64,000 nucleotides of DNA from Eledone cirrhosa (lineage: Eukaryota), in assembly GCA_964016885.1 (NCBI GenBank), contig OZ024744.1, positions 64,294,001 to 64,358,000 on the forward strand. Reading direction: 5' to 3'. The stretch's first letter is position 1. Each line of letters begins with the position of its first letter. A program made the translations under genes and the position numbers. The notes below the pieces were generated by a model. That model saw only the letters and a program-made list of their open reading frames with translations, was not told where the DNA came from and did not search any database. Shown in pieces: positions 53,570-64,000 of the stretch.

Positions 53570-55400
53570 TTAGATTTAACATCCATTTTGTCCTGTTGTA
53601 AGACAAGCCAGGTCAGATGACCATGTCGTGCTCATACAGAAATGATTTTAATTTGGTTTCTAAGGCTGGATACCCTTCCTAATGCCAGCCACATTTACAG
53701 TGTGCACTGGGTACTTTTTGTCATGACACCTGCATGACTACTTTACAGTGTGGGTTGGGTGCTTTTTGTCATGTCACCATCACGACCACTTTACAATGTC
53801 GATTAGGCTCTTTGGTGAGAGAGGTATGTGGGGATTGGGGAAATAGATATAGGGGTATGTGTGTGGGATGGGGTGTTAGAATACGGCTGGGGTGTTAAGA
53901 TATGGAAGGGGGATGGAAGTGAAGGTGGTGTATACTAGATATATGCTTCAGCCTGTGCATATGGGAAGGCAGGTATTCTGTATTACTGCATAAGGCCAGA
54001 GATCTTGATCCTGTGTCATCATCTTTGAGAGGTGTAATTGTGCAAGGTCAGCCTTTATCACCTCATCCTAAGTCTTTCTAGGTCTTCTTACTCCATAGCT
54101 ACCATCAATTTTGGGGGCCCAGCACTTTTTTAAACTGTTGTCATCCTTCATACACATCACATGTCCAAACCACCACAATCTCCGCTGCTGGACACTGCAT
54201 CTGTTCCCTCTTATGCTCAATTCCTCTCTCAGATCACTTATGCTTTGCCATTCTTGCATATTACTATCACAAATCCATCGATGCATGCAAGTTTAATTTC
54301 TTTCCAATCGTCACAGGTCCTCTGCACACATCACCCAGGTCTCACTAACATGCAACATTGCTGTTCGTATACACGCATCATACATTCTGCCCTTCATTTT
54401 GAGGGTAAAGCTTTTTGTAGCTAGCAGTGTTAGTAGCTCCCTGAACTTCTTCCATGCTGTTCTTATCTGGCTACTGTAATTTCAGAACACCCACCTCCAC
54501 TGCTAATTTGGTCACCCAGGTAGCAAAAGCCTTCTACTGCTTCTACAGAACCTTCCAAGAATTTGATAGTGTTTGTTTACTGCTCCCATGCAACGGCCAC
54601 ATGTAATACCTATGTTCTTAGCTAAACTACCAGAGATACCACTACATTTCTTGAGTATCCATAGCAGCTATTCTCGATGGGCTGGCTGCTTTCTCGGTCT
54701 TCATATCCTTAATTGCCTTACTTACTACACTGCTGCTGACTTGGACAGTTGGGCCCTTTGTTGGGTCTACTTGGGGTAGACTATTTTTCTCCCATGCATT
54801 CTTTTCATTCAGTAATTTTTCATAATGGGTCTTCAATGCTACTTTCTTTTCAGCGGACACACTTCTCTCCAATGACATCACAATTTTCACTAATATACTG
54901 CCTCACAATTCTGAATCCTTCACGCCTCTGTCTTCACATTGAGAAACATGCTTAAATTTTTTATCTTCTGCTTTCCTCCTTGAAAAGTATATTTGTCACC
55001 TAACGTCTTTCCTGGCCTCCAAGTAGTGAACCCTACTTCTCCCATTCTGCTATTCTTTCCATGCCTTAATTGTCTTATCTACCTTACTGTTCCACCACTA
55101 AGTCAATCTCCTTTTCTCTGGAGCCCTGCTCCAGCCACAAATCTTGTCTATCACCTTCAGCAGATTATCTTTCAGGGACTCCCAATACTCTTCTATATTG
55201 AATATTGCTATTTGTTCTTTCTTACAAACCAAGAAAAATACCTCTGAATTTGTTACTGGCTGAGGGCTCCTTTTATTTCCATATCCTTCTCCTCAAGGTT
55301 ACTCGCTGTCTTCAAGTTTGTCTACTTCTAACAATGAAGTTGCTAATTACTAGGTTATGTTGGGAGTTGCATTCCCCACCAGAAAGGATTTTGTTTCGTA
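53570..55400 (-). mobile_element. Decayed, internally deleted RTE LINE (family B-like)
   Basis: ORFs 54068-54286 and 54642-54890; RT core deleted near 54660; 3' UTR module present. Confidence 0.85.
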
Positions 55401-55834
55401 TATAACATATTCTTTTTTATTTTACGACTTTGATAATGATTGGTGAAAAAATTGCAATCAGAGCCATTTTACACTCTCTGTGGACTGTGGACAAAAGCAC
55501 TGAAAGCAAGAGCTGTGGCAAAAGAAATTAATGATGTGGAAGGCCCAGAATTTGTTAGATCAACTGATTTACATTATGAAATGAAAATACTGCATAATCC
55601 AGGGACAACACATATATATTCCAGGAATACCAATTTATCCAGTGAATTGGAACATGCCACTGCAGAGTACAATAAAAGTAAACAATAAAAACATCAGTAT
55701 AACAATCCTGCTTTCAGCTGTTGTATTATGCAATGGTTTATGCACAAGGAATTGCATAACTAATTATAGCTGGATTCAAAGGATTTTGTTACTTCATCAG
55801 GCAAATATAAACTGATCTGAATTCAGAATCAATA

Positions 55835-56935
55835 TATTGTTAAATATATTGACAGTTTTTAAATATATCCTGAAAACCTTTTTCTAAGTTTACTTTTAGG
55901 CCTTTAAACAATTCTAGATTTTTCTTCCATGCTTTAATTTTCCCCATTAACACTTGCATTGAATCAGCTGTAAGGAGTAAATCACCAGCATATAAAAGTT
56001 TATAGCCTGAAGAACAGTGATAAACAGAAGGGGACTGAGGACTGAGCATTGGTGGGCCCCCACCTGTACTTCAAATTCAACACTGTACTCATTGTCAACT
56101 AGCACCTTGCTGATTACACCTCTATACATGGCAGATTACAGAACAGAGAGCTCTGTCAAAGGCCTCCTCCAGATCCACAATGGAACTTGCAGAGGTTAAG
56201 TACCTCTCCTACAGTGGTTTCACAAGGAGTTCATTGGTAGTACCCATACCTAGCATAAAGCTGAACTGCATCTCATCTAACTTAATTATGTCTATAATTA
56301 GTTGGATTATAACCCTTTCAGTAACTTTCATGACATAGTCCATCAACTTGATTCCTCTGTAGTTACCTCTCTCTACTGTCTCCTTTGCCCTTGTAGCAGT
56401 TTGCAATGATACTGCTGTGCCAGTCATTGGGTATGACATCTTGAACTACTTGATTAATTATACATCTGACTAACTCATAACCTATCACGCAGGATGTTTT
56501 CAGCTGCCTTAATCGCTTTGACTAACAAACTGCTGTCACCTTTTATGACAGGTCCCTCAGCTAGGTCTACATGGGGTAGGCTCTCACTGTCCAATTTAGT
56601 CTTTTTGTTCAGCAATCTCTTGTAGCAAGACTTCTATGTCTCTTTCTTTTCAGTATCAGTCTTAGAAAGTACATCACTAACATTTCAGACACACTTTTCC
56701 CCAACAATGACCATATTATTTTCTTTTGCACACTGTCTCACAATCCAGAACACCTCATACGTCTAATCTTCACAACATAGAACATTTGTAAACTTCTTCT
56801 TATCTACTTTTCCTCTTTCTAAGTATACCTGGTGCCTAGTCTCTCTTCTAGCTATTCGATATTGCTGTCTGTTTCTTCCTCCTCTCTAGTCATTCTAGGC
56901 TTGTCTGTTTGCTTTCATTGCCTTGTGCACTTCTT
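55835..56935 (-). mobile_element. Decayed RTE LINE RT fragment
   Basis: NYRGIKLMD...DEMQF, QVGAHQCSVLSP, LLYAGDL. Confidence 0.82.
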
Positions 56936-58119
56936 GGACAGGCTTGATTGTTGACACTTCTGTGTTGGTAGAGTTTCCTTTGAAATGGTAATGCCCCCAC
57001 TCACTGTAGCACTGCCATATTAAGGATTTTTGGAAATTGTCCATAATCCCGACCTGAAAATCTTACTGAATATTCTGCTCAAACTGTCCTCATCAATGAA
57101 TGCCCAGAGCTAGTCAAATGCTATTATTGTTCATACCCTACATTATTTTTTTAAAGTTTTCCAGGCTACCAATTGCACTGTCTAGCTGCTAAAGTGTTGT
57201 TGGTGCCTGGCAACATTCTAGATGCCAGAAAAATATGTATGGAACTAAAACTGTTCTTTATTAACCCTCATTCTAATAAAATTCACATTGTGAAATTGTT
57301 ACTGTCTGTTGAAATATTTCACAAGCAAAACTTTTTACCTATTTTTTTCCTTTGTCTATTTTACTTTTAAATATTCACATTAAGTTAATATAAAAAATAT
57401 AAATACATATATATGTATATAACAAGTTTTTAACTCAGTTAAAAAAATCCTGCCTACTTAAAGGCAGAGAAGTAGGGTCTCTACTCATTACCCTCACCAC
57501 TAACCAACCGGCCAGCCAGCCAGCCAGCTAGCCAGCCAGCCAGCCAGCCAGCTAGCCACCCAGTCAGCCAACCAGCCAGCAAGCCCTGATATTGTTGTTA
57601 TCTGTCTGTTTTTACACCTCCCCCCTATGCACCATTGACTGTTATCAAAAGAACTAGGGGCTAGGCTTAGTCATGTTACATTCTGTGATTAGTTTTATCA
57701 TCACATATTACCACTGTGTTCAAGTTGCCATCAGCAGAAAAGCCAAATGTGTCAGTTTTATCTTTCTTGACAACTTTGCTATTTGTTTTAAAAGTTAAAG
57801 GAGAAAAAAAGAATGATAAATAAAAAAAACACCCAGAAATTTAAAAGTTCACAATGTCTTATAAAAAAAAAAAAAAAAAAAAATTAAAAAAATGTAATTT
57901 TTAAAAGTGGCTAAAACAGTATTTTGCATAGATGAATACGTATTAGCCCCCCCCCCCCCCAAAAAAAAAAAATTTGTATTTAATACATTTTCACTGTAAA
58001 CCATGAACATTAAAAACAAAAATGTACACTCCTAGACATTTCTTTTCTGATGATGCTTTCTGTCACCCCATCCCATCCACCCAATGTCAAGATTTTGCCT
58101 CTCATTATGGCAGCTCATC

Positions 58120-58300
58120 AACTCTGTTATTTATTCAATACTGTGATCGGTGGAGACTTCTGATGTCCTTGGCCCTAGGGCCACCTCCCTACTCACCAAC
58201 ATAGGCGCTGAGTTGGCCAGCCACAGGTGTGAGCTTAGCGAGCTGAAATGGTTCTTCCAGTGCATTTCCCTCACCATCCTCTGGGGAAACGCCAGGGGCC
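58120..58300 (+). mobile_element. RLE-type (CRE-like) non-LTR C-terminal fragment
   Basis: VETSDVLGPRATSLLTNIG...WFFQCISLTILWGNA resembles the CRE-clade VET.G..G...WL.QR.S....RGNA motif. Confidence 0.55.
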
Positions 58301-58590
58301 ATGGGCCAGCTAGCGCATGGGACCCCATTTGTTCATAATAGTGAGAGATGGGAAGGGCGAGAAAGATGGGGGGGGGGGCGATAACAGTGGGAGTTCAGCT
58401 CCTTTTAGTTCGGACCTGGTGTACATGTGTGTGTATTTTTACACTATCAACCCTAATTTACTGTATTTTAAAGAATGTAAATTATGTTGAGAATTCAGTA
58501 GATATAAATTTTTTCCTGAAAATACAATTAAAAAAACAACATTATTTCATGTCCCAACTTATATTTTCTGGAATACATTTAGTTTATATT

Positions 58591-58742
58591 TTAACCCTTT
58601 AGCATTTAAACCAGCCATATCCAGCCAGAATTCTCTCACCTCTTTCTGCTCAAACCAGCCATAACCGACTGTTCATACTTATGTTAACGTATTGTTCTTA
58701 AAATAAATAATATCAAAATCTCGTTGAATGTTAAAGGGTTAA
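58591..58742. mobile_element. piggyBac-type MITE, internally deleted
   Basis: TTAA|CCCTTTAGCATT ... AATGTTAAAGGG|TTAA. Confidence 0.85.
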
Positions 58743-59004
58743 TTCAGCTTCTGCATTCACATTGAATCATACTAGGATATAAGTTAGTAAAGTTTCCATT
58801 TGTACTGTTTTACTTGAAAAATCTACTTAACTGCACAGTGTATATTGTAGTTTAGTTCTTAATTAGTACGACCAAGCAGAGTTAAGAGCTCTGATCAAGA
58901 ACATTTCATCCATGACCATCTTGATTTATTGTAAGATATAGTATACCTAAAACTACTTTATCCTATGTGTCTTCAACTGGTTTGAAGATTTTGTTGCTAT
59001 TTCT

Positions 59005-59274
59005 GGTATACATACATGTATACATACATGCATACATACGTGCATTCATACATATATACATATACATACATACATGCATACATACATACATACATACACA
59101 CATACATACATACATACACACATACATACACATACATACACATACATACATACATACATACATTCATACATACATACATACATGCATACATACACATACA
59201 TACATACATACATACATACATACATACATACATACATGCATACATACACATACATACATACATACATACATACA

Positions 59275-59305
<31 letters not shown>
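59005..59305. repeat. (CATA)n microsatellite
   Basis: Direct reading. Confidence 0.92.
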
Positions 59306-59307
<2 letters not shown>

Positions 59308-59789
59308 GATGGCTGCAACTCAATTTCGCGTAATGGCATTGCTTGATACTTAAGCATGAGCATCACAGACGTGGCTTTTTAATCCTGCTAGGGACTTGCC
59401 TATGGCCAGCAATACCATATATAGCAATAAATATCACATTTCAAGCGATGCCTGTGCCTGAAACTTTTTTAAGTGAGGAAAAGCTTTGCATGGGGCCAAT
59501 CCCACTCTCTGAACTTTAAATGCAAAGAACTGGTCTACATCATTGGATGAAGTCACAGGTTTTATATCAGAGTGACCTTCTCCTAGAGAGATGTCTTAAT
59601 GAAGAATGATGAATAGGGGGTCTCTCGCTCCCCCCCCCCCACAAAAAATCATACATACGTGCGTACATACATACGTACATACATACGTATGTACATACAT
59701 GCTTTCATACATACATATGTATGTACATAGACACATACATACACATTACATACACACACATACATCCATGCACACACACACACATACAT

Positions 59790-60423
59790 ACCATATACAT
59801 AATATGAAAGAGTACAAGTGGAATGTTCCAGTAGAAGCCCCAATAAAATGCAGGCATAACAAACCAGATATAATGATATGGGACAGGGAAAAGAAAGCAT
59901 GCACAGTAGTGGAAGTTAGCTGCCCAGCAGATGCCAATATAATATCAAAGATTAGCGAAAAGGAGAATATTTATGCAGAACTGATGAGAAATCTGCAGAT
60001 ACTCCACCCTGATTATACCTTCAGATTTATACCTGTGATTATTGGGGCACTGGGGTATGTTAGTAACTGCCTCAATACAAATCTTGAGAAGCTAGGCTTC
60101 ACAGGAACAGAAAGAACACAACTAGTTAGGAAATTACTAGTACAATCCATTAATGGAACAGTAAAAATATGTAAAACATTCCCAAAATTCTGCATCTAAT
60201 AACTGCATATACACATGTACAGATTCAAAGCATATACACATGCACACATACAACTCAAAACATACACATCCACACATACAATAACATCCATATCTACACA
60301 TGCATACATACATATCTACCTAGTTGATGTTGTGTAAATTCCAATGAGAGAGTCTTGTGTCTATGTTAGAAACCGACTCTCTCTCTATTGGTAAAACTTT
60401 GTGAAATTATAAAACCAGAAGAA
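59790..60423 (+). mobile_element. R4/Dong-like non-LTR 3' fragment (restriction-like endonuclease + 3' UTR)
   Basis: HNKPDIMIWD...VVEVSCP...EKENIY...IPVIIGALG, open to the stop at 60199; 3' UTR hairpin; flanked by (CATA)n on both sides. Confidence 0.8.
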
Positions 60424-60818
60424 CATACATACATACATACATACATACATACATACATACATACATACATACATACATACATGCATACACACATATATAC
60501 ATATATACATACATACATATATACATACATACATTCATACGTGCACATACATACACACATACATACACTCATACATACATACATACGCATACATTCATTC
60601 ATACACACATACATATACATACTTACATACATACATACATATATACATACATACACACACACAAATACACACATACATACACACACATACATGCACACAT
60701 ACATACATACATACATACATACAGACATACATACATACATGCATGCATACATACATACAGACATACATACATACATACACATATACATACATACATACAT
60801 ACATACATATACACACAT
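60424..60818. repeat. (CATA)n microsatellite
   Basis: Direct reading. Confidence 0.92.
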
Positions 60819-61134
60819 AAGGCAATAGAACTGAGTGGTTAGAAACACATGACCCACATCAAAACAATTTTTATAACTAATTAAGGAAATTTGAAACGGA
60901 AATTTTGTTCCCCTTCATTCTGTACTAATTCACATAACCGACTTAATATCATATTTGTATGCATTTTTATGGAAAAAATAAATAGTAGCTCACCTGCTGT
61001 ATTGCAGATTAGCATTATAACTGGGGGGAATTAGTGCCACGCTCCCATCTCACTTTTGAACTGCTGCGCCTCACCTCCAGAATGTAATGGCCCTTTTGAG
61101 TTTTGAGTTTGGGACCCCTGCAATAGAATATGAT

Positions 61135-61702
61135 TTAACCGTTTAACATGTACATTACTCTATATATACTATTGTATTTTCATAGTAAAGGCTTTATTTC
61201 ACATAATTATCTCACATTATATCGAATTTATGAGATTTTGATATTAATTATTTTGAGAGCAATACCTTAACATAAATATGAACAGCCAGTTATGGCCGAT
61301 TTGAACAGCAAGAGGTGAGAGAATTCTAGCAAGATATGGCTGGTTTAACCATTTAGTATTTACATTACTCTATATTTCATTATCATCATCATCATTATCG
61401 TTTAACGTCCATCTTCCATGCTAGCATGGGTTAGACAGGTTTGTCCCATTTAGAGGCAAGTTGGGTTGGGTATGGCTGGTTTTCTACTGCTGGATGCCCT
61501 TCCTAACACCACATTTACAGTGTATGTTGGGTGCTTTTGCTGTTATATTTTCACATGAAATCAAATCTATGAGATTTTGATATAATCTATTTTGAGAACA
61601 ATACCTTAACATAAGTATGAGTGGCCAGTTATGATCAATTTGAATAGAAAGAGGTGAGAGAATTCTGGCTGGATGTAGCTGGTTTAAATGCTAAAGGGTT
61701 AA
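61135..61702. mobile_element. Two joined piggyBac-type MITEs; the second is interrupted by an RTE/SINE tail (about 61378-61540)
   Basis: The first copy ends at the internal TTAA (61345-61348) where the second begins; final TAAAGGG|TTAA. Confidence 0.75.
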
Positions 61703-61763
61703 GGGAAAGCTGGGTGTTATTTCTAGCTAGTCTAGTCATCATGTAAATGTAATCTTTTTTGGC

Positions 61764-61991
61764 TTAACCCTTTAATGTTCAAACCGGCCAAAACCGGCCA
61801 GAATTCTCTACCTCTTTCTGTTGAAACTGGCTGTAACTGGCTACTCATACTGATGTTAAGGTATTGTTCTCAAAATAAATACTTTCAAAATCTCATAGAT
61901 TCAATATTATGTGAGATAATTATGCAAGGTAAAGCCTTTTCATTGAAAATATAATAGTATATATAGAGTAATGTGAATGCTAAAGGGTTAA
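61764..61991. mobile_element. piggyBac-type MITE (clean monomer)
   Basis: TTAA|CCCTTTAA ... TGCTAAAGGG|TTAA; contains a single copy of the 60-bp satellite unit. Confidence 0.88.
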
Positions 61992-62551
61992 TGCATAGGC
62001 ATGGTCTTGTGCTAAGTTGACCGAACTAAACAAAATATTTTTGCTCTGGCAAGGGTTCAACCCATGCTTGTATTTCTAGCTCTACAATGTAGATTTTAAT
62101 CTTCTTATATACCAAGCATTCTCATTTCAATGGAAATAATTCTTATAATTAACACCCATTTCAATTATTTTGGTTAGAATTCACTATCATTAAGGAACCA
62201 CTATGGGTGTGTGTGTCTGTGTGTACATATGTAGTGGGTGCAAATCACTTAACCTATTAGAAACAGCAACAAGATCTCCAGTAAACCACACCCTATTGTT
62301 TTAGAAAAATATACAGTGGATAATGTGTTCTTGGGTGCACATTTCATGACAAAAAGATGGGATAGTCATGGCTGGAATACCTTTGTTCATCAATCTACTT
62401 GATCACATCTGACCAAGAGTTTTAAAAAAATCATTGGTAGAAATATCAGATAAACAACTCCAAAATCACACCCTACTGTCTTAAAGATGGAAAGGACTCA
62501 TTTAGGATAATGTAGTTCAACATATCTCTAAAAGCATGGGATGATCACAAC

Positions 62552-62714
62552 CATTGCCAGATTTACCATTGTGCTTAGGTCTGCTTTAGCACAAGGCCCT
62601 GTTGACCAGGGCGGGCCCTTTCTCCCTGCCAAAAAAATTTTTATGATGAATTCTTTACAAGTGGCTTCATAACTTAACTAGCACAGGGCCTCGTTTGTCT
62701 TAAATCTGACACTG
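62552..62714. mobile_element. hAT-like MITE, 163 bp
   Basis: 8-bp TSD ATCACAAC at 62544-62551 and 62715-62722; imperfect TIR CATTGCCAGATTTA / CAGTGTCAGATTTA. Confidence 0.75.
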
Positions 62715-62997
62715 ATCACAACGGAACAGTTTTTTATTCTATGCCTCTCAATTAGGATTAAACAAAGGTTAAACAACAAGAACTACAGAACTAGCCATAT
62801 TATAATAAATATTATAAATATTCAAGGCAGGATTTAAACTTGGAGAGTTTTCTTGTTAATAAATTACACCTGAAGATTTCATAAAAATTGAAAACAAGTC
62901 TGCCTTTTAATTATTTGGAGGCCCCTGAGAATTGTGAAACCCTAAGTTTTAGCTTGTTTAGATTTTGTCTAACTGTGGCACTTCTAATCGTTAACTT

Positions 62998-63213
62998 TTA
63001 ACCCTTTAGTATTTACATTACTCTATATTTATTATTGTATTTTCACGGTAAAAGCTTTATCTCACATAATATTGAATCTATGAGATTTTGATATTATTTA
63101 TTTTGAGAACAATACCTTAACATAAGTCTAAGCAGCCAGTTACAGCTGGTTTGAACAGAAAGAGGTGAAAGAATTTTGGCTGGATATGGCTGGTTTAAAT
63201 GCTAAAGGGTTAA
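62998..63213. mobile_element. piggyBac-type MITE
   Basis: TTAA|CCCTTTAGTATTTAC ... TAAATGCTAAAGGG|TTAA. Confidence 0.88.
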
Positions 63214-63711
63214 AGACATTTCCATGGTTCTAGGAGAGAACTGTCACCAGATTGACAGTTCCCTGCCAAGTTTCATGAAATGTTATACTGTATAAGTTTA
63301 TAAATTTTGTTCCCAAAACTAAGAGATCATTAAAGGCATCCCTTTATTTTACAATGGATGAAAGTGTACAAGTGCAGGCTGGAGCAAGGTTCTTTTCCTT
63401 TCTTTTTTTTTATGGAATATCAGCAGAAACCCATGTATGCAAGTCTCCCTTCTCCATACAACTGATGCAAGGCAAGGTCCAATACAGTTTGGATCTAGTG
63501 TTGCTGCAGGATTTACTTTCATGACATAAATAACCTATTTACCCAATTTCACTCACAAGGCATGAGACACCCTGAGGCTATGGTAAATGATACTGGTCCA
63601 AGATGCCATGCAATGGGATTGAAACTGGGAACTAATATTTGTGAAGCAAACTCCATAACTATTTGGCCATACTGCATCTATAGCAGTAATAGTAGCATTG
63701 GTATGTATGTA

Positions 63712-63743
<32 letters not shown>

Positions 63744-63759
63744 AGTATGTATGTATGTG

Positions 63760-64000
63760 GTAACATGTATCCCAGTACAACCTGTCTCATGGTTGGGTCG
63801 TTGGCGACTAAACTGGCAACCCCACCAATGTTTCTTGGTGAGGAGGGTGACTTTGGACATCCTGCAGGACTAAAAACAAAACCTGTCAAAGGGCAAAGGA
63901 GCTCTTAAGAGTCAATGGCCATCCAAAATCACCGGGAGAGATGACCCCCTTAGCCTTTGTCAAGGCAGAATTCTAGGAGAAGGAAAACTCTGATATAACA
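63760..64000 (+). mobile_element. Probable RTE 5'-UTR-like or SINE segment running off the window
   Basis: GGTTGGG...GCAACCCCACC and CTAGGAGAAGGAAAACTCTGAT; a related reverse copy lies at about 59558-59588. Confidence 0.45.

Noticed and set aside
55430-55560. Mariner transposase N-terminal remnant (KALKARAVAKEINDVEG)
   Set aside because: The resemblance is weak and short, with no TIR pair or catalytic domain to support a call.

Overview
A repeat-saturated, AT-rich eukaryotic window. The SINE types, RTE LINEs and dense TA/CA/CATA microsatellites suggest an animal, probably a cephalopod such as octopus; this is inference only. No host gene can be called with confidence. The window holds about nine large RTE-clade LINE copies. 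One has an intact 1022-aa APE-endonuclease/RT ORF with a C4HC3 (PHD-like) zinc finger inserted inside the RT. There are also decayed CR1/Jockey-, Tx1-, R4- and CRE-like fragments, three tRNA-derived SINE families, about ten piggyBac-type (TTAA) MITEs, hAT MITEs and non-autonomous Helitrons. One TTAA MITE has expanded a 60-bp subterminal unit into a 3.8-kb satellite. The strongest hidden signal is five type I hammerhead ribozyme motifs from two unrelated sequence families. Each sits in an inverted-repeat (and in two loci also partial-tandem) structure typical of Penelope-like pseudo-LTRs or retrozymes, and one family shows compensatory changes in stem I. Coordinates were read by eye; the boundaries of decayed elements are approximate.
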